This document shows, piece after piece, positions 1 through 9,480 of a stretch of DNA of 64,000 nt. The position numbers and the translations under genes are program-made. The notes below the pieces were generated by a model. It made no database searches and had not been told where the DNA came from. It worked only from the letters and a program-made list of their open reading frames with translations. Where the stretch lies: assembly GCA_965208835.1 (NCBI GenBank), contig OZ242358.1, forward strand, positions 2,112,001 through 2,176,000, written 5' to 3'. The DNA is from Candidatus Latescibacterota bacterium. Lineage in GTDB: Bacteria; Latescibacterota; UBA2968; GCA-2709665. The first letter of the stretch is position 1. Each line of letters begins with the position of its first letter.

Positions 1-2
1 AT

Positions 3-287
3 GAATCCGCCGGGCGCTATTGCGAGATTGTCCTGAAGGAATTCGACGATACCGTGCTCGCGTCGAGAGCGCGCTTTCTTCTGGCCCGGACGAAACATCG
101 CCTGGGGGCGCTGGACGAAGCGCTCGAAATATTGAGGCTCCTGGCCGCGGATGGCGTTCAGGATGAACTCAAACAGGACATTGCGGATGAGATCCGCCAG
201 ATTGAGAAAACCCGTGCCGCGCAGAAAGACGAACTCAGGAAGCCCGCGGAGAAGGCAGACGGCTCCAGTGCCGCAAATACCCGGTGA
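3..287 (+). CDS. C-terminal fragment of a TPR protein, probably outer-membrane assembly factor BamD (5'-truncated by window edge)
   Basis: Frame is open from base 3 (ESAGRYCEIVLKEFDDTVLASRARFLLARTKHRLGALDEALEIL), a TPR-like helical pattern directly upstream of nadD. Confidence 0.5.
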   Translation, partial: ESAGRYCEIVLKEFDDTVLASRARFLLARTKHRLGALDEALEILRLLAADGVQDELKQDIADEIRQIEKTRAAQKDELRKPAEKADGSSAANTR

Positions 288-293
288 GGCGGT

Positions 294-881
294 ATGGACG
301 GAAGGATCGGCATTCTCGGCGGCACGTTCGATCCGATTCATCACGGCCATCTGATCATCGCGCAGGAAGCGTTGGCAACGTGTCATCTGAATCGGGTTCT
401 GTTCGTTCCTTCGGCGGACCCTCCCCACAAGAGAGTTGCCGATATGGCGCCGGCGGAGGCGCGCGCAAGAATGGTGGCCCTCGCCGTGGACAGACATCCC
501 CGGTTTGAACTGTGCCGGATAGAAATGGAGCGAACCGGCAAGTCTTATACCGTCGAGACGCTCAGGCGGCTCCGCGGTAAACTGGGGTCCGGGCCTGATT
601 TTTATTTGATCATTGGCGCTGACAGTGCGTTGGAAATGCCAACGTGGTGCGATCCCCAGGGCGTCGTGGACCTGGCCCGCGTAACGGTAATGGGCCGGCC
701 GGGATTTCCGCGCGACGAAGTAGACGCGCGAATAGCTGAACGAATGTGTTATCTGGACTCCCCGCTGCTCGAAATCTCCTCTACACAGATCCGTTCGCGT
801 GTTCGTACGGGATTGCCCATTCGGTACTGGGTACCGGAAAACGTCGCTCGATTTATCGAAACGCACCGCCTCTACCGATAG
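294..881 (+). CDS. nadD: Nicotinate-nucleotide adenylyltransferase
   Basis: GGTFDPIHHGH (HxGH), PPHK, SYTVETL, IIGADS and ISSTQIR motifs; GAGG RBS. Confidence 0.95.
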   Translation: MDGRIGILGGTFDPIHHGHLIIAQEALATCHLNRVLFVPSADPPHKRVADMAPAEARARMVALAVDRHPRFELCRIEMERTGKSYTVETLRRLRGKLGSGPDFYLIIGADSALEMPTWCDPQGVVDLARVTVMGRPGFPRDEVDARIAERMCYLDSPLLEISSTQIRSRVRTGLPIRYWVPENVARFIETHRLYR

Positions 882-896
882 CAAAGCGAGCAAGCA

Positions 897-1163
897 ATGG
901 CCGAGTCATCGGAGGACCAGACCCGCAGAAGCTCACAACTCGGCGGAAAGCCCGAGGGACGAATCCAGCGGTATTTCTGTATGGACGACGAAAAATACCA
1001 CGCGTTGGCCAGGGTTTCCAAAGAGGCGACGGTAATGCGACGTATCCCCAAACGGATTCGGGTAATGGGCAAGGACGTGGACGGATGGGTTGTTGAAGTC
1101 ATGGTGCCGGCGACCGACGGCGTGGTACGTGTGGATCCGCTCGAAGGCGCGGACAAGATCTGA
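897..1163 (+). CDS. Hypothetical protein (88 aa)
   Basis: Fills the gap between nadD and zapA on the same strand; no family recognised. Confidence 0.45.
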   Translation: MAESSEDQTRRSSQLGGKPEGRIQRYFCMDDEKYHALARVSKEATVMRRIPKRIRVMGKDVDGWVVEVMVPATDGVVRVDPLEGADKI

Positions 1164-1250
1164 CTTCGGCGCCGCCGGTACAGATCGTATGTTGGGATTC
1201 CCATTGTGACCGGATGGCGCCGCCGTGCCCCTGACAGTTGAGGAGGCAGG

Positions 1251-1562
1251 ATGATACTGACAGACGGCCTTAACCGCGGTGAGACCACATTTGTAACGAT
1301 CTACGGGCGTCAATACCCCGTTCAGAGTCGTGAGTCGTCTGAATATACCCAACGGGTTGCAGACCTTGTCGATCGGCGTATGAAGGAGATCGCATCTCAG
1401 CAGAAGCTGGCCGAACCCACGAAAATAGCTATAATCGCGGCATTGGATATCGCCGACAGGCTGCTGAAGTTCCGGTCGGGACGCGAAGCGGCGGGCCGGC
1501 AGGCCGAGGAGATTGCGGCGCGTCTGACAATGTTACTGGACGAAGAGGATGGCGGCGCCTAG
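1251..1562 (+). CDS. zapA: Cell division protein ZapA
   Basis: VTIYGRQYPV...EYTQRVADLVDRRMKEI...KIAIIAALDIADRLL pattern; GAGGAGG RBS. Confidence 0.9.
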   Translation: MILTDGLNRGETTFVTIYGRQYPVQSRESSEYTQRVADLVDRRMKEIASQQKLAEPTKIAIIAALDIADRLLKFRSGREAAGRQAEEIAARLTMLLDEEDGGA

Positions 1563-1716
1563 TGTTCTGTCCCGGAAATAAGTTGCCTGAATTCGACCGA
1601 GGAGTCGCCCGTCTCGCAAGGCGCCTCCGACCTGCGTAAGGTCGGCGAGCGAGGGGAACGTAGCGAGACGGGATGAATCGACGGTCGAATGGTGAGAAAT
1701 TTTTGGGACAGGACAC
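1562..1716 (+). ncRNA. ssrS: 6S RNA
   Basis: Directly after zapA (conserved synteny). Rod fold: gtgttctgtccc 1562-1573 with gggacaggacac 1705-1716, unpaired central bubble, attcgaccg 1591-1599 with cggtcgaat 1682-1690, cccgtctcgc 1608-1617 with gcgagacggg 1663-1672, apical hairpin ccgacct-gcgta-aggtcgg. Strand inferred from synteny. Confidence 0.8.
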
Positions 1717-1719
1717 AAG

Positions 1720-1770
1720 CGGTCCGTTGATAACGTCGCTCTGCAGGCGAGGCCGTTTCAACACGGGCCG
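1720..1770. mobile_element. Internally deleted copy of MITE family B
   Basis: cggtccgttgataacgtcgctctgcaggcgaggccg matches the left end of 9254-9413 and is joined to a right-end remnant tttcaac..gggccg. Confidence 0.7.
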
Positions 1771-1781
1771 AACAGCCTGAG

Positions 1782-2480
1782 TCACGGCATTTTTATCAGT
1801 TTGTATCTGAAGATCGTGTAGAGAATCTTCCAGCCAGCCCGGATCGTGCCGCCGACGGTTCCTGTGATCTTGGAAACGCCGATACGACGGCGATAACTTA
1901 CCGGGACTTCGAGGTACCGCAATTTCAACCGGGCAGCCTTTACCTGCATCTCCACGGTCCAACCGAAAGTCCTGTCCTGCATTTCGAGCCGTAGCAGCGC
2001 CGGATACGTTACTGCGCGGAATGGCCCGAGGTCGGTGAAGCAGGCGTCAAACAGCCGTCGGATGAGCCAGGTGGCCAGCCAGTTGCCGAAGCGAGCTTGC
2101 GGAAGCAGTGCGCCGGCCTCCCGGTTGCCGAGTATGCGCGAGCCGATCACGAGGTCCGCGTGACCCTCGACGATCGGCTTTACCAGGCCCGTCATTTCAC
2201 CGGGGTAGTCACTGTAATCGCCGTCCAGGAATACCACAATATCGGGTTTATGCAGGGCGGCGATGCCCGCCAGGCAGGCCCACCCGTATCCTCTTCGATG
2301 TTCGTGAACGATACGGGCCCCCATCTGCCTGGCCAGCTCGACCGTTCGGTCGGTGGAGCCGTTATCCACCACCACCACGTCGGCTTCGAGATGGCCCGGA
2401 ATATCGGACAGTACATTCTGAATGGCCTTCTGCTCGTTGAAAACCGGGATGATCACGGAGATCCTGGGTGGGGTGCGCAT
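1782..2480 (-). CDS. Glycosyltransferase family 2 (DPM1-like)
   Basis: ISVIIPVFNE, VVVDNGSTD, RRGYG, FLDGD, FTDLGPFRA, VPVSYRRRIG; start placed at ATG 2480. Confidence 0.9.
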   Translation of the reverse strand: MRTPPRISVIIPVFNEQKAIQNVLSDIPGHLEADVVVVDNGSTDRTVELARQMGARIVHEHRRGYGWACLAGIAALHKPDIVVFLDGDYSDYPGEMTGLVKPIVEGHADLVIGSRILGNREAGALLPQARFGNWLATWLIRRLFDACFTDLGPFRAVTYPALLRLEMQDRTFGWTVEMQVKAARLKLRYLEVPVSYRRRIGVSKITGTVGGTIRAGWKILYTIFRYKLIKMP

Positions 2481-2515
2481 GGCGGGGACGTCTGTGGGGG
2501 TGGGGTAAATCGCGT

Positions 2516-2716
2516 TTATTCTCGATCCGGCGGTTTTCGTATCATTCGGGTCATTTTCGAGCCGCTCCTTCCTTTCAGGCGAGCGACAAGAATAAAGATG
2601 CAGAAGACGATACCCAGGATAACGGTACCGACGACCTTGTCGGGATGATCCACAAACCACATCAGTCCCAGGGTGATCAGCAGGCAGATGCCCGCAATGA
2701 TACGCTCTCTGGTCAT
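2516..2716 (-). CDS. Small membrane protein (66 aa, two predicted TM helices)
   Basis: MTRERIIAGICLLITLGLMWF...VVGTVILGIVFCIFILVAR; GAGAGG RBS before ATG 2716. Confidence 0.55.
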   Translation of the reverse strand: MTRERIIAGICLLITLGLMWFVDHPDKVVGTVILGIVFCIFILVARLKGRSGSKMTRMIRKPPDRE

Positions 2717-2925
2717 CGGATCCGCCTCTCTTTCGCGTCTGGGATCGTGGGCCTCTGTCACCGGAAATCTAACGGACGAAACGATCGTTGTCAATTGATT
2801 CAGCCCGCAGGCGGCCGCCTGCAGGCTGACCGGAACCTGCGATTCAATAGTCCCCGCCGCCGCGCGTTCGGAACCGCTTCTATGGACCTGCACCTCGGGG
2901 GGCTCGGGTTTTTTCGCGAGTCGGT

Positions 2926-4149
2926 TCATTCGTGCTGCCCGCCACGTGGAGACCTGTCTGGAGGTGCGCTGACCGTGAGGGTTTCCGGTACCAGGAACGC
3001 GAAGGTGCCGGCGGCAAGAAGGCCGAAACCTGCGATTGCGAATGTGGCAGGGGAGAGTCCGAGCAGGTCGGCGATGCCCCCGATCACGAGAGGCGCGCCC
3101 ATGTGGCCCGTTTCCCCGACGAGGCGCCACGCTCCCAGAAACTCTCCGATCGAATCTCCGGGCGCAAGGTCCGCGCCAAGCGTCATCATGGAACCGGAGC
3201 CGATTCCGTTGCCCAAGCCCAGAAGCGCCGTCGCCAGAAGCAGCCCCGTAAAGCTGTGGGTGAAGGGTATGGCGGCCATAGCGACCGCTTGAATCAGGAA
3301 ACAGGGCACCATAGCGAACTTTCTTCCGAATCGGTCCATGATATGACCGGCCGGGTAGAATAGCGACATATCCAGCAGCGCGGAAATCGTGATGATCCAG
3401 CCGATGGCCTGAACGTCCAGACCAATCACGTCGGCGGCATAAAGGGGCACGACAACGTGGCGCCCGGCTCGAATGGTCTGCGCAAAGAGCTGTCCGGAAC
3501 CCGCGGTGGCAAGTTCTCGAAAATGCGATTTGAATATCGTTAGAAGGGGTCTCAGACGTCCCGGGCGGACATCCCGGGGTCCGGATGACGTATCGGACAC
3601 AAAACTCGATACCGCGATGAATACGACAACGGTCGCCAGACCTCCAAACACGAGGAACGGAGTTTCCAGACCGTAGATTCTGCCGAGTTCCCCGGCCGCC
3701 GCCGGTCCCGCGAAGGTCCCGATGCGGTGAATACCGCCGAAGATCGAGAGTGCCCTTCCGCGATGAAAGACGGGGGCGGCGTCGACCAGGTAGGCGTGGC
3801 ACGAAATGTGCCAGAGGGAACCGCCCACGCCGGCGACAAGACGAAGGCAGACGACCTCGTAGATGTCGCGCGCCCAAAACAGGGCAAGCGTGGAGACGGC
3901 AATGAAGCCTACGCCGAGAATCATCGCGGACTTCCGACCGAGATTTCCGATCAGAATGCCGGCCGGTAGCGCGCCGACCAGCCTGCCCACGCCTTCGGCG
4001 GCAAGCACGACGCCGATAAGGCCGTAAGACGCACTGAGTGTCTTTGCGTATAACGGAAGGATGGGAATGAGCATTCCGTTGCCGAACATCAGCAGCAGGC
4101 ACGGAACGTAAACGGGCAGGACAAGCGGATTGCGAGCGTGTATCGTCAT
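2926..4149 (-). CDS. MFS transporter
   Basis: About 12 hydrophobic segments; motif A variants GILIGNLGRK and GHIMDRFGRK. Confidence 0.9.
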   Translation of the reverse strand: MTIHARNPLVLPVYVPCLLLMFGNGMLIPILPLYAKTLSASYGLIGVVLAAEGVGRLVGALPAGILIGNLGRKSAMILGVGFIAVSTLALFWARDIYEVVCLRLVAGVGGSLWHISCHAYLVDAAPVFHRGRALSIFGGIHRIGTFAGPAAAGELGRIYGLETPFLVFGGLATVVVFIAVSSFVSDTSSGPRDVRPGRLRPLLTIFKSHFRELATAGSGQLFAQTIRAGRHVVVPLYAADVIGLDVQAIGWIITISALLDMSLFYPAGHIMDRFGRKFAMVPCFLIQAVAMAAIPFTHSFTGLLLATALLGLGNGIGSGSMMTLGADLAPGDSIGEFLGAWRLVGETGHMGAPLVIGGIADLLGLSPATFAIAGFGLLAAGTFAFLVPETLTVSAPPDRSPRGGQHE

Positions 4150-4285
4150 TGGGATCGAGGGGGTGTACGGGGCTTGGAAGACGGTATGTTAAACAGCTGT
4201 TGGGGTTTTGTCAAGGAGCGCATCGGTTTAAACGTACGGGACAGTTCGACACGCCGCGTACATCCTGGGAAAGGCAGGATTAACC

Positions 4286-5248
4286 ATGAAGATTGTACTT
4301 TGTCCGCCTGTCAGCGACGCATTATGTGAACAGGTTCGCCGAACCGTGCCTGGGGCGGAGGTGGTGACGGCTTCGATGGATGTAGCGCCCGCGGTGGTCG
4401 GGGATGCGGACGTGATTTTCGGGATGTACAATGAGAAAATCATCGCTGCGGCAACGCAGGTCAGGTGGATTCAAACGACCAGCGCCGGCATGGATATGTT
4501 GATGGACATTCCAGGCGTTCGGGAGGGACAGTTCAGATTGAGCAACGCCAGCGGGCTGCATGCGCTGCAGGTGGCGGAACACGCCTGGGCGCTGACGGCG
4601 GCGCTGTTCCGCGGTCTGCACGTTTACGTAAGGAACCAGCTTGCGCGCAAATGGACGGGAGCGCCAATTCAGGATCTCTATGGGGCCACGGCGGGGATCG
4701 TCGGGTTCGGCGGAATCGGGCGGCGGTACGCATCTCTGGCCAGGGGATTCGACATGCGGGTCCTTGCGGTGGACGTACAGCAGACGGAGAGGCCGGACTA
4801 CGTCGAGGCATTGTGGGGACCGGAACGGCTGGATGATCTGCTGGCAGCATCCGACGTGGTGTTTATCGCTTGTCCTTACACGCCTGAGACGGAGAGGCTG
4901 ATCAATGCACGTGCGTTCCAATTGATGAAGGAATCGGCGTTCCTGGTCAACACGGCGCGGGGTCCGATTGTTGACGAAGCGGCGCTGGTCGACGCGCTCA
5001 GGTCAGCCGAAATCGCCGGCGCCGGGCTGGACGTCTTCGAAACGGAACCGTTGCCGGACACCAGCCCGCTCTGGGAGATGGAGAACGTGATCATCACGAC
5101 CCACTCGGCCGGCGTCTCCAGCTACCGTCCGCAACGTACGGTTGACTTTTTCTGTGAGAATTTGCGGCGGTTTATGGCCGGGGAGCCGTTATTGAACGAG
5201 ACGGACCGGAATCTGGGATACCCCGCGTTGGGAAGGCGCGTCGAGTGA
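4286..5248 (+). CDS. D-2-hydroxyacid dehydrogenase family protein
   Basis: GFGGIG NAD site, VNTARG, GAGLDVFETEPL, ITTHSAG (Arg/Glu/His catalytic set). Confidence 0.92.
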   Translation: MKIVLCPPVSDALCEQVRRTVPGAEVVTASMDVAPAVVGDADVIFGMYNEKIIAAATQVRWIQTTSAGMDMLMDIPGVREGQFRLSNASGLHALQVAEHAWALTAALFRGLHVYVRNQLARKWTGAPIQDLYGATAGIVGFGGIGRRYASLARGFDMRVLAVDVQQTERPDYVEALWGPERLDDLLAASDVVFIACPYTPETERLINARAFQLMKESAFLVNTARGPIVDEAALVDALRSAEIAGAGLDVFETEPLPDTSPLWEMENVIITTHSAGVSSYRPQRTVDFFCENLRRFMAGEPLLNETDRNLGYPALGRRVE

Positions 5249-5279
5249 CCTGCACACGGAATTATCGGAGAGATCGATC

Positions 5280-6611
5280 ATGGCGGAGATCAGGGCATTT
5301 CGCGGAGTCCGGTACGCGACTGACAGGATAGGCGACATTGGAGACGTCGTCGCGCCCCCGTATGATGTAATCGACGGGTCGATGCAACGTGCATTGTACG
5401 ACGCACATCCGAACAACATCGTGCGAATTATCCAGGGCATCGGGAATGAAGGCGATTCGATCGATGAGAACCGCTACACCCGCGCCGCGGATGCATATCG
5501 GAACTGGCTCGAACAGGGCGTGCTCGTCAGGGACCAGGACGACGGAATTTATCTTTACGCACAGGATTTCGACGTCAGTACTCCCGACGGGAAAAAAAAG
5601 AAGACCAGGCTGGGGATTGTCGCGCTGGTGCGCGCGGACGCGCTGGGGAAAGGCGCGATTCTGCCGCATGAGAACACCATGCCGGGACCCAAGGCCGACA
5701 GGCTGGCGCTCATGCGGCACACCCGGGCGGCCTTCGGCCAGATCTTTTCGTTATACTCCGACCCCGCCGGACAGGTGCGGGAAATCCTGGCGCCCGTCCT
5801 GGATGATGCCCCGCTCTTCGCGTTCCGCGGGGAAGATGGCGTCGGACACCGCTTCTGGCGGACAACGGATCAGGCCGTGATTTGCGGCGTTGCCAATGTG
5901 CTGAATGACAGGCCGTTTTTCATAGCCGACGGACATCATCGATACGAAACCGCGGTGGTATACAGGGACGAATGCGCAGCGGCCGACAACGAGGATTGGC
6001 AGGGAAGGCCCTACGGATACCGGATGCACACGCTGGTGAATATGGACGACACGGAAGGGATGGCCATCAATGCGATTCACCGTGTGGTCATGGATCTGGG
6101 AGTGGACGGGGTCGAAAGACTCATCCGGGGACTTGCGGAACTGTGCGACTTCGAACGGTTGCCCCTCCGCAATACGCAATTGGCATTGCGAGAGCTGAAA
6201 CGGCGCGCCGTGCGCGGGGCCGTATTCGGATTCTGCCACGGAGCGTGTTCCGACGTTCACTTTCTGAAATTGAAGAGCGGCGTTCGGGCTTCCGATCTGG
6301 ACGGCGGAAATCACTCGGAGGCCTGGCGAAGGCTGGACACGGGCTTGCTGCAACTGATACTGGGCAGGGTGCTGGATCTGGATCAGGAAACGCTGGCCGC
6401 GGGCGAAAAGGTGAAGTTCGTAAAGGTCGAGCGGGAGGTGCTGGACCTGGTGAAGGCGGCGCCCGATCGGGCGGGCTTCTTCCTCAATCCGGTGGGCATG
6501 GAACAGTTGCGCGACGTTGTGCTGGCCGGGGAGCGAATGCCTCCCAAATCCACGTTCTTCTATCCGAAGGTATATTCAGGACTGGTGATTCAGGATCTGC
6601 AGTCGTTCTGA
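5280..6611 (+). CDS. DUF1015 family protein
   Basis: APPYDVI, ILPHENT, IADGHHRYETA, MPPKSTFFYPK motifs. Confidence 0.88.
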   Translation: MAEIRAFRGVRYATDRIGDIGDVVAPPYDVIDGSMQRALYDAHPNNIVRIIQGIGNEGDSIDENRYTRAADAYRNWLEQGVLVRDQDDGIYLYAQDFDVSTPDGKKKKTRLGIVALVRADALGKGAILPHENTMPGPKADRLALMRHTRAAFGQIFSLYSDPAGQVREILAPVLDDAPLFAFRGEDGVGHRFWRTTDQAVICGVANVLNDRPFFIADGHHRYETAVVYRDECAAADNEDWQGRPYGYRMHTLVNMDDTEGMAINAIHRVVMDLGVDGVERLIRGLAELCDFERLPLRNTQLALRELKRRAVRGAVFGFCHGACSDVHFLKLKSGVRASDLDGGNHSEAWRRLDTGLLQLILGRVLDLDQETLAAGEKVKFVKVEREVLDLVKAAPDRAGFFLNPVGMEQLRDVVLAGERMPPKSTFFYPKVYSGLVIQDLQSF

Positions 6612-6639
6612 CAGACGCAATGCACCAACGTAAAATCAG

Positions 6640-6671
6640 AAAAAAAGAAGGGGCGCCGCGCGCCCCTTCTT
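6640..6671. terminator. Intrinsic terminator between convergent genes
   Basis: aagaaggggcg-ccgcg-cgccccttctt hairpin preceded by an A-run (U-tract on the minus strand). Confidence 0.8.
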
Positions 6672-6729
6672 CGAATGGAGCCCCTGCTGTGCCGGATCGG
6701 AAGCGCGCGACGAGGATATCCGGGGGGCG

Positions 6730-7911
6730 TTAGAGTACCGGCAGGTCTTCGGGAGCGGGTTCGGAGAGGATCTCGAAGCCTCTATCCGTCACCACAACAT
6801 CCTCTTCGAGCATGAAATAGGCGCCTTCCGTGTAGAGAGAGGGTTCGACGGTGAGAACCATGCCTTCCTCCAGCAATGTGTCGTCTTCGAGTTCGATGAA
6901 GGGCGGTTCGATAATGTCGAGTCCGATGGCATGGCCGATCCCGGTGACGTGCCGCGCCTGCTCCGCGTAGCCCGCCCGCTTCAATGTCTCGTTCGAGACG
7001 CGAACCAGATCCGAAATCGGAATGCCGGGCCGGATCGTGCCGACCGCCGCTAGCAGGCATTCGTGGACGGTTCTGTACGCGTCTTTGTGTTTCTGAATAG
7101 CCCGTCCCAGCCCGAACATCCGAGTGTAGTCCGACCAGTATCCGCGGTACACGCCGCCGGCGTCGTGGGCGATGAGTTCTCCTTCGGTCAGCACGCGGTC
7201 GGTGTGTCGGCGCAGGCTTCGGTTGCTGCTGCGTGCATCCCCGGGGATGCACGTGGCCAGCGTGATCGAACCGGGCGCGTCCATTCCCCGTTTCAGGTGC
7301 TCCACACACAGCAGGCTATATAGATCTCTTTCTGTCATACCCGGTCTGACGGTGTCGAAAAGGGTGCGATAGGACCGATTGGTGATACTGACGGCCTCGC
7401 GGATGTAGTCGATCTCTGCGCTGGACTTGGTGAATCGGGTCTTCCAGAGCAACTGCGAGGCATCGGTGAATTCTACGCCTGGCAGATTGGATTTCAGCTG
7501 GCCGAAGTCGTCGTAGGGCATTCGCGACCAGAGTACGCCGCCCGATTCGGCGCCGACGCGGGCGCCAGGGCCGAGTTCGCGGATGACTTCTGTCAGAAGG
7601 GAAACCCCTGCCCGTACGCGGATGGGCGGTTGATACGTGCGCAGGTCTTCGATCCAGGCGTCCTCCTCGCACATCCCCGTTTCCAGCGGCGGGACGATGA
7701 GTACCGGGTCGCGTTCGAGCGGAAGCAGGGCGAACAGCGAGGTGAACTTGTGCCCCCAGCGATGCGTCCAGTGCCCGGTGAAGTAGCGATGGTTCGTGTC
7801 CGTGGTAATCAGGACCGCGTCCAGGCGGTCACGGGACATGAGATCCCGGAGCCCGGTCAGACGTCGTTCATATTCACAGGCATCGAAATCGGCGTACTGG
7901 CTGGTAAGCAC
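6730..7911 (-). CDS. M24 family Xaa-Pro peptidase / creatinase-like protein
   Basis: N-domain NHRYFTG; DAGGVYRGYWSDYTR, GHAIGLDIIEPP, TVEP, EEDV. Probable GTG start at 7911 after AAAGGGGA; the ORF-track extension to 8130 runs through a MITE. Confidence 0.88.
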   Translation of the reverse strand: MLTSQYADFDACEYERRLTGLRDLMSRDRLDAVLITTDTNHRYFTGHWTHRWGHKFTSLFALLPLERDPVLIVPPLETGMCEEDAWIEDLRTYQPPIRVRAGVSLLTEVIRELGPGARVGAESGGVLWSRMPYDDFGQLKSNLPGVEFTDASQLLWKTRFTKSSAEIDYIREAVSITNRSYRTLFDTVRPGMTERDLYSLLCVEHLKRGMDAPGSITLATCIPGDARSSNRSLRRHTDRVLTEGELIAHDAGGVYRGYWSDYTRMFGLGRAIQKHKDAYRTVHECLLAAVGTIRPGIPISDLVRVSNETLKRAGYAEQARHVTGIGHAIGLDIIEPPFIELEDDTLLEEGMVLTVEPSLYTEGAYFMLEEDVVVTDRGFEILSEPAPEDLPVL

Positions 7912-7934
7912 AACGGAATCCCCTTTTGATGTTG

Positions 7935-8096
7935 GAAGCTGTTTTAAAATTACCGGTGAGTTCCCGAGCGCGAGCGAAAAAGTGACGGTCAAGGCGGGAA
8001 AATCCGCCCATATTTGTCTATACGGGTGGGTTTGACCAACGCCGACCGGCGCTTTTGCAGCCGTGCGAAGACCGCTGGGAATTTTAAGACAGCTTC
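7935..8096. mobile_element. MITE family A, copy 1 (162 bp)
   Basis: TIRs GAAGCTGTTTTAAAATT / AATTTTAAGACAGCTTC; near-identical to 24900-25061 in inverted orientation; flanks TTG/TTA. Confidence 0.88.
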
Positions 8097-8204
8097 TTAG
8101 TCCGCTGGCGATTTGAAACGGCTGACGCACGCGCCGCAGGTGGGGGCGTGTGAATAAAGGTCTCGAATCGTGGTGGCGTTTAGCCGATGAATTGAGGTTG
8201 CCGG

Positions 8205-9053
8205 ATGCCGTTACAGGCTTTCATCCTGGTTTTGATCTCCACCGTCATGCATGCCGCGTGGAATTTCGCGGTTCGAAAAGCGTCCGGCAGTCTGGCGGTT
8301 CTGTGGGTGGGCAAGTGGTTCGCGGTGGCCCTGTGCCTTCCGGCCTTCTGCTATTTCCCCCTCGGCGCCGATGCGGTTGCGGCGGCATGGCCCTTTATCG
8401 CGGCTACGGGACTGGCCCATACGGTATATTTCCTGATGCTGGCCAAAGCATACGAAGAGGGGGAGATTTCGGTGGTGTACCCTCTCGCGCGGGGCACCGG
8501 CGTCGGAGGGACGGCGCTGGCGGCGTGGATTCTTATCGACGAGCAGCTTACGATGCCGGGTGTGGTGGGAATCGTGACCGTCGTGCTTGGAATTATCCTT
8601 CTTGGCGTCGCCGATTTGCGAACGCCGAAGAACCGCCGGTCCCTGGCGTACGCACTCTGTGTCGGCGTAACGATCGCAGTCTATTCCGTCGTGGACAAGC
8701 AGGGCGTATCGCATATTCATCCCGTGCATTACGTCTTTTCCCTTTTCCTTATTCCAGCGGTACTCCTGTCCCCCTACGTGCTCTTGCGACACCGGCCGTC
8801 AGTGGTCCGGACGTGGTGCGGACTCAAGAGATATGCGCTCTGGGCGGGGCCCGGTTCCATGGCGACGTATCTGCTCGTACTGTTTGCAATGCGCCTTGGC
8901 AAGGTCAGCTATATACTCGCCGTCAGGGAGTTCTCCGTGGTCATCGGCGCCGCCCTGGGTGTTCTCTTCCTGGGCGAGCGATTCGGATGGCACAAAGCCA
9001 CGGGGATTGCCGCGATTGTGCTGGGCCTGGCGCTGGTCAAGCTGGGCGGCTAG
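8205..9053 (+). CDS. EamA/DMT family transporter
   Basis: HAAWN, AYEEGEISVVYPLARG, YSVVDK, AVREFSVV, LGERF; about 10 TM segments. Confidence 0.9.
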   Translation: MPLQAFILVLISTVMHAAWNFAVRKASGSLAVLWVGKWFAVALCLPAFCYFPLGADAVAAAWPFIAATGLAHTVYFLMLAKAYEEGEISVVYPLARGTGVGGTALAAWILIDEQLTMPGVVGIVTVVLGIILLGVADLRTPKNRRSLAYALCVGVTIAVYSVVDKQGVSHIHPVHYVFSLFLIPAVLLSPYVLLRHRPSVVRTWCGLKRYALWAGPGSMATYLLVLFAMRLGKVSYILAVREFSVVIGAALGVLFLGERFGWHKATGIAAIVLGLALVKLGG

Positions 9054-9253
9054 GCTGCCGGGAAGCAGCAAAAACAGCTTCCAACGTCAGCGCCCTGACG
9101 AGGCGGCACCGGAACCGGCGCAGCAAGACAGGATGGATCAGCGTTCCAAGATAGCCGGAGGGAGAGGTAGGGTCAAGCGCTTATCTCCCGTGTGAGGATG
9201 CCCCTGGAACGGGAGATTTCGCTTTACAGGCAATCGGCCGCTCCGTATCATAA

Positions 9254-9413
9254 CAGTCCGTTGATAAAGTCGCTCTGCAGGCGAGGCCGAGCCATTATGG
9301 CCGAAGACAAGGCGCGCGACCGAGTCCCATCCTGCGATTCGGCGAGGGAGCGCAACGCAGTATTTCGACCGCAAGGGCCGGCCGTAGCCCGGATGGACTT
9401 TTTCAACGGGCTG
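9254..9413. mobile_element. MITE family B, copy 1 (160 bp)
   Basis: TIRs CAGTCCGTTGATAAAGTC / GACTTTTTCAACGGGCTG; 4-bp direct repeat ATAA on both sides; inverted near-copy at 53864-54023. Confidence 0.88.
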
Positions 9414-9480
9414 ATAAGGCGCCTTATTGTGACGATCCGACAACGCACGACGGCCTACCTGACCGGTGGTCGAAATCTCC

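Noticed and set aside
2717-4102. Long N-terminal part of the 528-aa ORF 2516-4102
   Set aside because: Alternative frame of the MFS gene; only the last 66 aa (with RBS and TM helices) were kept.
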